A stretch of 64,000 nucleotides of DNA, taken from Eledone cirrhosa. Taxonomy: Eukaryota. The notes under the pieces were generated by a model. The model made no database searches, was not told the origin of the DNA, and saw only the letters and a program-made list of their open reading frames with translations. Positions 1 to 15,421 of this stretch are shown here, piece by piece; within the stretch, counting starts at the first letter, position 1, and each line of letters begins with the position of its first letter. Both the position numbers and the translations under genes were made by a program. Location of the stretch: assembly GCA_964016885.1 (NCBI GenBank), contig OZ024745.1, positions 51,150,001 through 51,214,000 on the forward strand. Reading direction: 5' to 3'.

Positions 1-1915
1 TATATGGCAATCATTCCTAGAACACCTTTCAAACCACTTACTAAACATCACAACATGTACTAACAAATGAAATAGACATATTTACAACTTACAAAACTCA
101 CAGTATGAACACGCCCATCAAGTGACAGAATTATTGTTTTCATAACTGAACTTTAATAAAATCATCAAAATACATGCTGCAATACAGGTATTTAACATAA
201 TATTTACAGAAGCTTTAAAACAACCCCACAGGTCAAGGAAAAATAGCCAATATTACATAACTGAACAAAGCACCCTGATAGAGGGTTAGGCTTAGGAGTG
301 ACCAGAACAAGCAAACACCACATGCAACAAGAATACAACTACTACTACATGCTATCATATGCGATAGTAATAGTGTTTTACTGTGGAGTAGGCTGTAATG
401 TAAAATATACACGTAAATATTTCAACAGCAAATGGGTTCAGAAAACTATATATTCAACCACCACATTATTCACAAAACGTACATAAACTATACAGTATGT
501 GGTTGCTTTACTGACATTCTAACGAACATTACCATCCGCAAAACGTTTAACACCCTTCACTGTTATCCATATATAAACAAAATACTCCAGTTTAAGAAAC
601 AAACAACCTACAACAAGAGAGCATCAACATAGTTGATGGATCTACTAGAAATAACAATGAAACTCTCCTTAATTTATACCCCACCGTCCTGAAAATTGAT
701 AGATACATTTGGTGTGAGAGAATATAGGAATAGTCATAGATGGAATGCATTTGATCATATATCTGCTCAATCAGAACTGATCTTAGATTAAATGAAAAGA
801 ACCTCCATTCTTAACAGCAATATGAAATAACAGAAAAACAACTAGCTATCATATTCAACAAAATAAATATACCACACACGAAGATGAAAAACTCAAGTGT
901 TTATCTATAACGCATCTAGCGTTAATACCTAACATAAGAGACAGTAAAGAAAGAAAAACTATGCAAATTATATTTAGGCACAACATTTGACCAGCATATA
1001 AACACTCGCATTCAAATAATAAATTATAGCTACAAAAACCAAACACCAGAAACTACTACATTGACCGTTTCATGTCATCACAGACTACATACAAGCAACA
1101 ACAAGAAGCCGCCTGTACAAAGAAACTAACGTACTCAAATGAAAGGCAACCTGGACATATGATCACTACGTATTGATACTGCAGCAAGCTCAAACCCGGT
1201 AGTGTCTTGTACCTTATGTAGAATCCTTACTACAATGCCATATGCAATTCGTTTTCGTTCATTGCAGGAGTAAAAAGAACCAGACGGAATGAAAGTACGA
1301 GAGCAATAACCTATTTAACCACTCACCAACAATAAAAGTGTGTTGTGCTGGGTTACACACAATTTATGGTGTGTGAAAAGTATCGTGCCTGGATTGAAAC
1401 ACTGCAGGCTATAACATAATCTCCTGTATATTGAATAAGTCCTCTACCAGGCGCTCAATTGTATCATTCGAAGACGTGAAAGGAGGTTTTACAGAGACCA
1501 TGAACGCTTCCGTGTTTCTCATAACTCAACCATTAAACAATATATTCCATACGTTTAGTTACATAATCATAGTATGCAAAGCAAAATATGTGATATCCTC
1601 CTTGTGGTATTGTTATTGCAAACAGAAACCTTTCATTATATATATTGCAAACCACTCTACACATCTGTCTTGTTTGACGAATTTCACAAGATAGAAGTAA
1701 AGTTCATTAAAATATTTATTTTTTGTGAAAAAGAAAATTTAAAGCTTCCTTCTCATTTTTACACATTTCCTTTCCCGTGAGCATAATCTTTCTACCAGAT
1801 TTTGAAAGTATGCACACAGTCTCAACCAACACTAGCATATTAAATAAATATACACTAACATATTCTTTATTCATTAATTTCCGTTTGCTGGATACGTCTT
1901 ACATATGCATATAAT

Positions 1916-1999
<84 letters not shown>

Positions 2000-2000
2000 T

Positions 2001-2072
<72 letters not shown>

Positions 2073-3506
2073 CATCACGTTTGCCTGTGTAACTTCCGTT
2101 CATTGCGGTGATATACCTATGTAGGCATTTCATGCTTGCATGGCTAGCTGATGAAAACCAAATGAGTTACAAGCTCCTGTGCTATATCTCGAGTTAGTAT
2201 TTAGTTATAGTTGTTATTTAGTTCCGTTTCAACCTTGGTAATGTAATTATATGAACAGAGGCATTCCAATATTTTATTAAGACCGCTGAGTGTCTGGTGA
2301 AGTAGATTTAGCTGCCATATCTAGTGGATTGAGTGTACTCGTTGAATTCTAGGTTCAATACCCTGTGTTTCAAAACAATCTTGATTGTCTGACGGTTTTC
2401 TTTAAGTGAAAGGACACTAGCTGTAAGCGGTGGCTACATTGAATTGTCTGTGTCTCACTGTAGTAGGTGAGGATTAGCATTATCACTGTCTTGTACAAAT
2501 TGAATAGTCCTCGTGATTTTCTTGATCTTACCCGTCAGTACATCCCATACCAGACTCCCTATATTTAGTCATCGCTCGATTTCTTTATTGGTGCAGGCGT
2601 TTTGAGATATATTACTACCGATTTATACAAAGTTTGAAGGTTCACTTATAAATTGACAAAACATGCTTGCAGTTTCGACAGCTCTCTTGAAATGCTACCG
2701 GAGTCCTCTTCACGATGGTTCTTAAGCTGCTGTACAGCTGTGATCTCCACGACATCAATAGGGACAGATGCCATGTGATCGTTTAATGGTCATTGTTCAT
2801 TACCAGTGATGATATTAGGGATGCCATATCAAGCTTCCTTAAGAAAAGTTCAACAAAATATCCTTGTCGGTGGTGTTGGATCTCTATACCAGTCTGAATC
2901 AAGTTGCATTGCCTGTCCTCAATAGACGATGTAACAGAGCATCTCCTACTGAGGACGTACACACTCTTGAACGCTAAGAAATCGTTTCTAGAGTGACTTC
3001 TGTTGGCATCTTCCTGTATTTCAGAAATGTTCTACTCCCATCATTTTTCATTGAAACGTCTAGTGAGCCACTAAACATCAATCTTCAACTTAATGCATGT
3101 ATTTCGTAACTAAACCAAACATGAAGCTCTGCATTTTCTCTTGTACCAGATTACATATGTTCTCTATACAGTGCTCAGACTATCCCGGGCACTTCTCCTC
3201 TTTATATACCAACGTCTCATCAGCTACACATGTTGTGTAGCTTTACAAATCTCTCATTCGACGATTCACATCAGCGATGTGGATTTCCTCACTGAAATTT
3301 TCACATAAAGCTTTTGCTACTTTATTTCTACAACGAGCTACAGTATGGCATCTGCCACTTTGAGAGTGTTGACGGCTTTCTACTGGTTGTCGTTTTCCGA
3401 TGAGATCTTCAAACTAGATCCGGGCTTTGGCTCTGATCATAAGAGGATATTCAATTCCTTAGATGGTTTTGCTTATCTTGAATTGATTCCACTCATATTA
3501 ACTAGT

Positions 3507-3700
3507 AATAATTGTTTCTACTTTTGGCACAAGGCCAGCAATTATCCCAGTGTATTACTGGTACTTTATTTTATCGACCCCGTAAGGATGAAAGGCGAAG
3601 TTAACCTCGGCGGGATTTGAACTCAGTCCGTAAAGGGACGTAACTGTGCTGCAAAGCATGGCGTCCGACCCTCTACCGATACTGCCAATCCACCGCCCTT
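3507..3700 (-). mobile_element. tRNA-derived SINE (Nin-type core), full copy with TSD
   Basis: Minus strand has A-box tggcagtatcgg, B-box gagttcaaatccc and core gcctttcatccttacggggtcgataaaataaagtacc. Flanked by the direct repeat ttaactagtaataa. Confidence 0.9.
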
Positions 3701-4715
3701 ATTTATTAACTAGTAATAATAAACATAATAAGATGCCACTAGGAGACATTTTCTTGTGTCTATAGACAATATTTGGCTACGACCAGTGAAATTATGGCAC
3801 AAATTTACAGAAGGTGCAGTCCATCGGATTATGGTATCCAATACCATTGCTCTGAATATCGCCTCTCCAAATGCTGTAGTCTTTATCGACTCTGACATTG
3901 AAATTACTGAAAATCAAGATTAAGTCATAAGTGATGGGGAAATTGCGGCAAATCTGAAGAAAAAAAAAGTATTTGGTGTTTCTTGAGGACAGCCGGTAGT
4001 AGACGCATAGGTGGAAATAATTGTCAAGAACTTCCCCTTCCTTAATTTGACTCGGAAGGACATCAGACTATCTGAGTGACCCTGTGGAACCTGTTCAAGT
4101 ACACACCAACACTAGTGCTTTCTCCCTAAAAAGAGAAAACAACACCTGCAGAAATTTCACACCCAAAATGTAAGTTACTACATAAGCCTTCGAACGGAAC
4201 ATAACAAAATTTACGTAACAAAAAATAAGTTCTTAAAAAGAGGACTAGATCCATCATAAACAGGAGAAATGAGTTACTTGAAGCCGATTGGCTATTGTGA
4301 CTACACAAACCTGCACATATCACTTATCCTCTGACCCATTTCCACTTCAGTAGAGAACCGTCCATCAATACCACAACACACAGAGAGATTTTCTTTTGAA
4401 AATATTAAGTTTTAACTACAAACTAAGGTGATAAAAGTTATAAATTTAAAGTATTGGTTTGTTTTCTTTTTCTCTTTAATCCATCCAACTCTTGTTATTC
4501 TAATTCACATTGTACTGGCCTTCCAAAACTAATTGAAACCACAATGCTTCATTTGACTGTACTGCTTTATATCTATCTGTGTAACTAACTATCTATCTTA
4601 GTATGTATCTACCTATCCATCTATGCATAACCGCCCCCCGCCCCCCATATATATATATATATTTAACATAGAAATGGCTTCTACAGGACTAGAATTACAC
4701 CCGATTGAACCCGGG

Positions 4716-4777
<62 letters not shown>

Positions 4778-5004
4778 CTATAATAAAGGGAGGAGTTCGG
4801 GTCAGCAGCCAGAATATATTTTCTAATCTCGTTAGTAGAATAAGTCGGATTACATTGAATAGATAATGAATGAATATTGCATAATTTATCTACTCAATTT
4901 CGTAACAAATGATTACTCATAAATAATTTTATTGCATATTTCAAGATTCACTTCTTTTAAAAGATTCAAATTTCAATACTTCCGGTATATCGCCACAACC
5001 ACCA

Positions 5005-5590
<586 letters not shown>

Positions 5591-6096
5591 AAAGCCCTTA
5601 TTTGTACAGCCAACCATGTTACTCTTCATTCTTTAACTATATATATATATATAGTAATAAGAATATTTATATTTATATGTTTAATACAACTATAAATATG
5701 GAGAGTAGTACTAAGTCCTAGCCGGTTACCTGTGTAAAATTAAGCAACCTAACAGTTTACCAACAACTTAATAACGGTTAATACAAATCCTAGAAAAGAT
5801 AATTTGCAGATAAAAAATGCATAAGATAATCTACCTACAATAACAACATGGCCAGTAATTCGGTGCAATTTACATTTAACAAACAAACACCTATTGACAA
5901 TAAACGACTCAAAATAATCCCATGGTTAATAACTGTGAGTAACAAACAACATATACATATACATACTAACTACAACACAAAAACACTTGAATGAAAATTC
6001 TGACTCTCCACATGATGCTTATGACACTAACAACAATTATGTACCCTAAATGTTCTGAATGACTAGGATTTTAGTAACATGTTTCGACATTACTTA

Positions 6097-6142
6097 TGCT
6101 CCGATGATCTAGACTTCCCTCTGGAAGAAACAATTGTCAGCA
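6097..6142 (+). ncRNA. Type I hammerhead ribozyme motif, variant core CCGAUGA
   Basis: tgct-CCGATGA-stem II-GAAAC-aatt-GTC-agca. Homologous to the canonical copy at 24764. Confidence 0.6.
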
Positions 6143-6623
6143 AATAAATGTTCTAAACTAAACTTTGATCGTTTTAACACTTTGTATATATATATATATA
6201 TATAAATGAAGTAATTCCGTCGAAAAAGTCTAGGAAAGAGTGCTCTATGTAGGTAACAGAGCTTAATAGTTATGTAATAAACAACATAAGGCAATTATTC
6301 CATTTACCAGTGGTTTCTTAAAAGCAAAAAATGTTGCTTTCAATCATCAGAATGAAAAAAATCCTGGTGTATTTATTGATATTGGATTCTAAAAACAAAA
6401 AAAAAAATTCTGGTAAACGGAATAATTGCCTTATGTTGTTTATTACATAACTATATATATATATATATATATATAGACAGAGCGAGAAAGAAAGCGAGAG
6501 TGTGTGAAGAGAGAAATACAAAGAGACTATGTGACGGATATATATATATATAAAACTAGATAGTGAAATAGAACTTCTGCTGTTTGTAAACAAAGCTAAT
6601 TTTCGAAACAACGCTAAGCTCTG

Positions 6624-6654
<31 letters not shown>

Positions 6655-7326
6655 ATTGTTCATTTTTTGTCGATTCTATTAAATGATGAATAGCTGCTGT
6701 TTATTTTAACATGTCTATTGAGCACTCTTATTCGATATGTGTTATTCCACATTTTCCCGAATATTTTTTGCGGATATAAAGGTTATCTCCCTTGCTGAAA
6801 TCAATGTGCGTATTTTCAGCCTGGGTCTTGTCTTTTCATCCGTTCGGACTAAAGCGCGTTGAAGAAGTAACTCCAGTCCCCCGTCGTTTGTAAGTCTTAT
6901 ATTTTTATGTGAGCTGATAGAGGACGGTTTAAGGATTTACAGAAACCCAAGAAGCTAGATATACCATCTCTCTAGTGGGTCCGGGTATGCTTTTTACATT
7001 CATTTGATTTATTGATTCATTGATAATTTATCTGAGTGTCCCGAATCTTCCATATCGCAATTTTTCGGTTGTTTGGTTGATTGTAGACATATTCTACGTG
7101 TGAGGGTATTTTAACGATAGTTATAGCTCTGATTTATTTGAATTATAGAGCCCTCTGCCGCTCATCTCGAATTTTGTTTATCGTGAACTCGTGCGCCGAT
7201 TTTTCGATACTCGGTTTTTCTACTATATATATATATATAACTAGATAGTGAAGTAGAACTTCTGCTGTTTGTAAACAAAGCTAATTTTCAAAACAACGCT
7301 ACCATCTGTATCTATAAATATATATG

Positions 7327-7423
<97 letters not shown>

Positions 7424-7646
7424 ATATGTATATATATATATGTAGCTGTGAGAAAAACCACAGACCCTCCATCTTAACTCTACTTTTGAAAAGCAGAAGA
7501 ACTGCAAAACCGGTAAAGGAACCAAATAAATATATATATTTTTTTAAATAAGACTCCAGTTGCATTTTCGATTTCATCTTTTTTTCTTCATACTTTCGCT
7601 CGTGTAGGACACCTCGGTTATTTTTCATTTTGTAAAAAAACCTCAC

Positions 7647-7695
<49 letters not shown>

Positions 7696-7697
<2 letters not shown>

Positions 7698-7900
7698 AAA
7701 AAGTATGACCCCGACGGCAGAGCTCAAGCCGTTTCGACGGCTATTTCTGGACTAAACTCTACTTTGTCCAGAAATAGCCGTCGAAACGGCTTGAGCTCTG
7801 CCGTCGGGGTCATACTTTTCCTTTTTCCCACTCTCCCACCCTAAATATTCAGCACTCTGGTGCGTTATGGTCCATCTGGTTCCTTACCACAATCCCTTTG

Positions 7901-7905
<5 letters not shown>
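7696..7905 (+). repeat. Short dispersed element (family B) with a 54-bp terminal fold-back
   Basis: 7699-7752 is the reverse complement of 7766-7819. Related copies at 41611-41720, 51328-51495 and 63601-63648, all in (TA)n. Confidence 0.85.
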
Positions 7906-7980
<75 letters not shown>

Positions 7981-8094
7981 CAATACAGAGCTAGGCGTTG
8001 TCTTAAAAAAAAAAATATATATATATAGAGAGAGAGGGGAAAAATGAAGAGATTAGGTTGTTTTTCAACGCGCTGATGTATATGTGTGTGCAAA

Positions 8095-9764
8095 TAATAC
8101 TCACATCTAGGACCACATACAACTCACAAGCAGGTAATACACACATCTAGGGCCACATACAACACACAAGCAGGTAATACACACATCTAGGACCACATAC
8201 AACTCACAAGCAGGTAATACACACATCTAGGACCAAATACAACACACAAGCAGGTAATACACACATCTAGGACCACATACAACATACAAGCAGGTAATAC
8301 ACACATCTAGGACCACATACAACACACAAGCAGGTAATACACACATCTAGGACCACATACAACATACAAGCAGGTAATACACACATCTAGGACCACATAC
8401 AACACACAAGCAGGTAATACACACATCTAGGACCACATACAACATACAAGCAGGTAAAACACACATCTAGGACCACATACAACATACAAGCAGGTAATAC
8501 ACTCATCTAGGACCACATACAACTCACAAGCAGGTAATACACACATCTAGGGCCACATACAACTCACAAGCAGGTAATACACACATCTAGGACCACATAC
8601 AACACACAAGCAGGTAATACACACATCTAGGATCACATACAACACACAAGCAGGTAATACACACATCTAGGACCACATACACCATACAAGCAGGTAAAAC
8701 CCACATCTAGGACCACATACAACATACAAGCAGGTAATACACTCATCTAGAACCACATACAACTCACAAGCAGGTAATACACACATCTAGGGCCACATAC
8801 AACTCACAAGCAGGTAATACACACATCTAGGACCACATACAGCACACAAGCAGGTAATACACACATCTAGGACCACATACAACACACAAGCAGGTAATAC
8901 ACACATCTAGGACCACATACAACATACAAGCAGGTAAAACACACATCTAGGACCACATACAACATACAAGCAGGTAATACACTCATCTTGGACCACATAC
9001 AACTAACAAGCAGGTAATACACACATCTAGGGCCACATACAACTCACAAGCAGGTAATACACACATCTAGGACCACATACAACACACAAGCAGGTAATAC
9101 ACACATCTAGGACCACATACAACACACAAGCAGGTAATACACACATCTAGGACCACATACAACATACAAACAGGTAATACACACATCTAGGACCACATAC
9201 AACATACAAGCAGGTAATACACTCATCTAGGACCACATACAACACACAAGCAGGTAATACATACATCTAGGACCACATACAACACAGAAGCAGGTAATAC
9301 ACACATCTAGGGCCACATACAACTCACAAGCAGGTAATACACACATCTAGGACCACATACAACACACAAGCAGGTAATACACACATCTAGGGCCACATAC
9401 AACACACAAGCAGGTAATACACACATCTAGAGCCACATACAGCTCACAAGCAGGTAATACACACATCTAGGACCACATACAACATACAAGCAGGTAATAC
9501 ACACATCTAGGGCCACATACAACTCACTAGCAGGTAATATATACATCTAGGACCACATACAACACACAAGCAGGTAATACACTCATCTAGGACCACATAC
9601 AACACACAAGCAGGTAATACACACATCTAGGACCACATACAACATACAAGCAGCTAATACACACATCTAGGGCCACATACAACTCACAAGCAGGTAATAT
9701 ATACATCTAGGACCACATAGTATACACAAGCAGGTAATACATACATCTAGGGCCACATACAACA
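8095..9764. repeat. 40-bp tandem satellite, ~42 copies
   Basis: Unit acacatctaggaccacatacaacacacaagcaggtaatac repeated in exact 40-bp register. Confidence 0.98.
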
Positions 9765-9849
9765 AAAGGCAGGCGAAAGGGGTGGACAAACGAGCTACTA
9801 CAAGAGCAAAAGATAATATCGCGGGGAGCATTGAGAAACGTCTCTAATA

Positions 9850-10262
9850 ATTTTTGAGGCAAGCCAGTACACTCGCAGCTTTACTTGGGGTGATGGCCAG
9901 GCTGAGATACTGGAACAACCAAGCGCCTTCACGAGCATCACCAGTTACCTATGTTAGGCGAGCCGTCAGTGACGATAAGAATCTCGCAGTCAGTAGCCCG
10001 ACTTCCCCAAACGTCTCGAATGCCACAGGCTGGAAAATGTAGTTAGCCAACAGATCACGGTATTTTAGGATTTTGTTCTGTTCAGCTCCGGATGATGTGG
10101 CTCTCGCTCTTACTACTGCATGAGGGATGTGGGAAGAAGCAAAAGAGTCACTAACTGTGATGTCCCAGACCAGGCATCTGCCTCTTGACCAGGATCACAG
10201 GGTAAGACCGTTAGGTTTTTTCCCATCAATTCTGGCCAACCCAGACGGTTTCAAAATTGAGG
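9850..10262 (-). pseudogene. 3' fragment of a CRE-like non-LTR retrotransposon (restriction-like endonuclease)
   Basis: Manual minus-strand translation gives KPSGLARIDGKKPNGLTL*SWSRGRCLVWDITVSDSF...KILKYRDL..FQPVAFETFG, matching the DGKRPDG..PW..G..L.WD.T pattern of CRE-clade REL domains. Confidence 0.7.
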
Positions 10263-10519
10263 GGATGTTTGCCCGGGCCAAAGCTCTTCAGTGGTAATAG
10301 AACAGTGTGTGTATGTGCGCGCACGTGAGTTTGTTGGCATTTTACAATTAGAGACGTGTGTGTGTCATATATATATATGTGTGTGTATGTGTCAGCATGA
10401 ATAAGAGACATATGTGTGTATCGCCTTCCGTCCTTCCTTTTACACACACATACATTCACACAAACACACACACACATTTTGTGACGGACGGATGGTCAGA
10501 AGTCGCTCAAATTTATATA

Positions 10520-11130
10520 CATGTGAATGGAGTTCCACTGAAGCAGTTGGAGAAGTTCAAGTATCATGAGTGATGGAATGCAGGAGGCTGAATTAAGTGC
10601 AAGAATTGCAAAAGCTGATGCAGTAATGCGCCAGCCTCAGCATTCAGAAGGGAGGTAGGTGTAAAAGCCAAACTCGCTGCCTTCCTGGTATTTCTGCCAA
10701 CTCTTACTGAGGATCATGAATCTTGGGTAATGACCGAAAGAATACAATTGCAAATACAAACGGCAGAAATGGGGTTCCTCCGAAGGGACTTTGGAGTAAC
10801 GTTACTCGATAAAGGGCATAGCTCAGAGATCAGAGAGTCACTCCTGGTTGAGCCGCAACTTCTCCGGATTGAGAGATCACAGCTCCGATACTATGGACAT
10901 GTGGTTAGAATGTCTCAGGAAAGAATCACTGGACAGATTTTACCGGCAAAACCAACCAGCAAGAGGTAGACCCCGAACAAGATAGTCGAATAACATCCAT
11001 GAGCTTGGCTGGTCACGCTTTGGGATCCAGCTGGATCAGTTAGAGATGTGTGCTTCTGACAGACTAACTGGAAAAAGTGTTTGAGGAGGACACTGCCCCC
11101 TCGACCTTCTCAGAAATAAGTGGGCGAAGA
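10520..11130 (+). pseudogene. RTE-clade LINE 3' fragment
   Basis: HESWVMTERIQLQIQTAEMGFLRR...IERSQLRYYGHVVRM. Homologous to 43686-44110. Confidence 0.8.
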
Positions 11131-12129
11131 AGATATTGTCAATTTACTTTTCAATTTAGATATCATATCTATACGCATATATATTTGCGTATAAAACCAA
11201 TACGCACACTACAAATACTAGCAGAAAACCGCTCGTTAGGCGGTTTTTCGGCTAGTATATATAGGTAAATATGTTTTTGTATATGTCTATGACCAATTAC
11301 GGTTCAGAATTAAAGATCTAAAATGAATTAGATTAATTGGAATTTTCTAATTAGCTGTATATTAGCATCATGTGAAGATCTACATCTGTTAACTATATTA
11401 TGCACTGTAATAGTTACGATATTTCTCACATGTTATTTTTCGTCGTCTTTAATATGATATTGTTTCATATATGTTGCCTTCAATACCAGTTATATTTTAA
11501 AGCATTTGCTAAATCTTTATTCGATTTGTCAGATTTTCGCTTAGATCTTTGCAAAACAATGCACATTTATCCATTATATACCCATCATATCCGCCCTATA
11601 TTTTTTGAATTTTTAACATATGACCTTTTAGTTCGACGTGTCAGATAAACGGATATATACCCCACATTTTAGTTCGACACGTCAGATAAACGGATATACA
11701 TCCTACATTAATATGGCTTGAATTTATAATACTGAGATTTTTCTCAGATAGTCTAGTGAATACAATATAGTTTGAAATTTGTTCTGCTTGTGTGAGATGA
11801 GATGTAATCACTGTGTGTTAATTTGTGAGATTCATATGATAAAATACTGCCATTTGATTTCAGTTAGTTTCTATTTTATTTAACTGTTACGTGTCTTGTA
11901 ACTCTGGAGCTTCACAAGATCATCAGGAATACCCAAAGTAAAAAAGTTTCATCACTTAGCAAAAATACAGAATATTTAAAGTCTACGTCGATATTGAATA
12001 CCCATTCTCACGTCTGGCAATATCACTCGGATATATATTATTTGAGTAACTTTATACATGCACGCATTTAAATACACAGACGCGCATGCCTGCATATGTA
12101 CCCATACATATACTGTCATGTGTATGTAC

Positions 12130-12217
<88 letters not shown>

Positions 12218-12228
12218 CCTATATATAT

Positions 12229-12945
12229 ATAAGTATGTATACGTACATACATATATGTATACAGACGCACAGTAGTATGTATATATATATACATACATGC
12301 ACACATATATATATATGTGTACGTATGGATTCACCGAACATTTATTATAATGCTCGGTGTGTTTGTAAATAAACATAACGTATTAAGCCGTAGTGTCTAG
12401 CAACCATCCTTGCTCGTTTGTTCAACACTGACAAAGAAACGCTTTAGTAGTTTCAAGCTTATTAGCTATCGTATATATACGTACATATGTGCATGTATGT
12501 ATATATATATATATATACATACTACTGTGCGTCTGTATACATATATGTATGTACGTATACATACTTATATTTAAGTAACAGCCGTACTAAGAGTGGGAAA
12601 TGCAATTTCGTTTCATTTTTTCCGTTTATCGTTTTCGGTGCACCCGGCCGATTAACCCACTCGATATGCAAATTAGGCTGCTCAGCCGTTAATATGCATA
12701 AAGTAAGTATATACTTTCAGACGTTCAATCATCTGGCAGGAAGGTATACGTTGCTGACGATAGCTAATAAGCTTGAAACTAGTACAGCGTTCCTTTGTCA
12801 GTGTTGAACAAACGAGCAACGATGGTTGCTAGACACTACGGCTTAATACGGGATGTTTTTTTTTACAAACACACCGAGCATTATAATAAATGTTCGGTGA
12901 ATTCATACATACATATATATATGTGTGCATGTATGTATATATATA
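12229..12945 (+). mobile_element. Non-coding HHR-bearing repeat (family D, ~412-430 nt unit) with inverted partial copy
   Basis: 12229-12472 is an inverted partial copy of the unit in 12486-12945. Same family at 30351-31205, diverged piece at 26833-27010. Confidence 0.8.
12748..12790 (+). ncRNA. Minimal type I hammerhead ribozyme
   Basis: acgttg-CTGACGA-tagc-taataa-gctt-GAAAC-ta-GTA-cagcgt. Palindromic stem III actagt. Confidence 0.8.
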
Positions 12946-13025
12946 TATATATAATTGTTTCTACTTTAGGCACAAGGCCAGCAATTACTCAGTGCATTAC
13001 TGGTACTTTATTTTATCGACCCCGT

Positions 13026-13097
<72 letters not shown>

Positions 13098-14276
13098 ATA
13101 AGAGTCGGAGAATCAGTGTTGCATAGGGTTATATAAGATACAGAGGGATTGGGGATCCAAGGGACTGACGATCCAAGGGACTGGGTAAGAGCGTGCACAT
13201 CAACCATGCACACGAGACAGGTTTCATGATTGGTGGACAGCGGGGCCCGTGTGTACATACACAAACAAATTATATATATTGTGAATGTGTAGAACACCCT
13301 TTTCATAATAGTACATATGAAATATACATAATTCTTAAGACTAGCATCAAGTTCAACATCAAAGTTGCAAATTAAACATCACGAATCGAAAATTAAAAAT
13401 TATAAGTCTGATTTTGTCCACAACCTTGTCTACGTAGCTATTGCACTTATACATATTGTGCATGCACTTTCAGGCTTATATGGCCACATGAATGGGTTGG
13501 GTCCGAGCCTCAAGAATGTTGTCTCATATAATATTTTATGCGCCATGTTCACAGTTGCGTGTCTGTGTGGATGTGTTTGTATGAAGATGTCTGTGTAAGT
13601 GTATGCATGTGTATGCGTAGATCTTCTATTTTTTTATCTGTATATATGTGCAGCGTCTTAACTATATAAGCTTTCCTGAGTAGAGTATGTGTGTGTAGAT
13701 ATGTGTATATTTATCAAAAATACCTTTGAAATAACTTTTTTGAAAGGCTATTTCAAGCATTCTTTTAAAAACGGTCTTTTTACAGGGTTTTTCTTTTTGA
13801 AATGTGTGTTTTTTAAGGTATTTTGAGGGTGTTTTCTGAATCGTTCTGTTAAACGTTTTTTAAAAATTCTTTCTAAGTATTCGCTGCACATTCAATATTT
13901 ACTGTCATTGTCGCATATAATACAGTTGCGGGTGTGTACGTGACCGTTGTGGATGTATAAGTGCCCATATGTATCACACCTGCGCGAAACATGGGTGAAG
14001 GCGTTTACAAGTTGATAAGGCGGCGACAGGGCGCGAGCGGTTCAATCATACAAACCCTTACCTCCTACAGTAGTAATTCCGTTTTAAGAAACAACTTTGA
14101 TTGACAGTTGGCGAATGAAAAGAACCAAATATAAGACCAAAAATGAGTGGCCAAAAATACCGATGATGTGTACAATTCTGGACCACTCATAGAATGAAAA
14201 CAACAGGTTCTAAGATGCCGAGTGAAGGCCGCGGGTTTAACTGGACATTTGGACACTTTGCTTCGTAGAATCGAAA

Positions 14277-14367
14277 CGTATCTGAGGACCTTGTGATTTC
14301 ATATTCAGGTTCGATCATTACATCGATCGTGCCTCGAGCTGGTCGCCAGAGAAACGATTGTAATATG
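14277..14367 (+). ncRNA. Type I hammerhead ribozyme motif with long loop II
   Basis: cgtat-CTGAGGA-(~60 nt)-GAAAC-gatt-GTA-atatg, followed by aataaa. The base of stem II is imperfect. Confidence 0.55.
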
Positions 14368-14509
14368 TCTAATAAATTTTATTCGTCACAACAGTGATTC
14401 TCCGTCTCTTATGTGATATCTTACTCTGCTCTGTATGAGCATCGAGTGCTCAAACGGCATACCGCTTACGGACGCTTTAAGCGTCCAATACCAATTATAT
14501 ATATATATA

Positions 14510-15421
14510 CAGGGTGTTCGGGATAAATTTGACAGTTTCATCAGGAAAAAGAAAAAGTGCTTGGTATCTACAAAATTTATTTGATTTAAAAGAAATTCAA
14601 TGGACAAGGAAATTACACTATTGTCAAAGAGTTTTACTCAAAATAACCGCCATTAGCGTCTATTACAGCCTCAATCCGGGCCCAGAACCTGGAGCAAGCT
14701 GATTTTACACTTTCCCTGGGAAGGCCCTCAAAAACTACTTTAATTCTGTCGATTAACTGGGCTTTTGTAGTACTGGCACGGCGATTGGGGTCTTTCTCTA
14801 CAGCGCCCCATACATAATAGTCCATCGGGTTAAGATCAGGGGAGTTCGGAGGCCAAACATTGGGACTGGTGTAGTCGTAAAAATTGGCTGACAACCATTT
14901 TTGACTTTTCCACGAGGTGTGGCAGGGGGCCTAATCCTGCTGCCATACATACGGCCTATTATTGGCTGCCCTTGTTATCCAGGGCTTAACTAGAGTGGTT
15001 AGCAATTCCACGTAGGCATCTGAATTCCAATGCCAGGGTCCTCCAACACTTTTTTCTGCAGATTTTCGATGAATTCTGCTGTGCGAGAGCAATCAGATCT
15101 TCTGTTATGTTTCTTTCTTCTAGCCACAGCCTCGTAGTCTCCATTGCAATTCTCCAGTTCATGCCGGATTGTTTTTACAGTGTTCAGGGAGCATTGAGCA
15201 GCGACCGTAATCTCCTTATTTTGATGGCCGGCGCGAATCATCATGATACAAGTTATTCTCTTCCATGATTCAGGTGGCTCCCAGTCATCCATTCTCCTTG
15301 TCATCACATATATGAATGAAGGAGGGTTTAAACTTTCAAATAAAGCCTAGTGGGCATGAATAAATTTAAAACATCTGAAAAAACAACCAAATATTATTCT
15401 GTCAAATTTATCCCGAACACC

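Noticed and set aside
2300-3480. Host exon or old RTE remnant (LYKTVIMLILTYYSET on minus)
   Set aside because: One short RTE-like motif only, too degraded to delimit, and no splice-supported ORF.
8095-9764. CRISPR-like array
   Set aside because: The units are contiguous with no unique spacers, there are no cas genes and the context is eukaryotic.
11216-11257. Hairpin resembling an intrinsic terminator
   Set aside because: The context is eukaryotic with no upstream gene. It is more likely a small TE-end palindrome.
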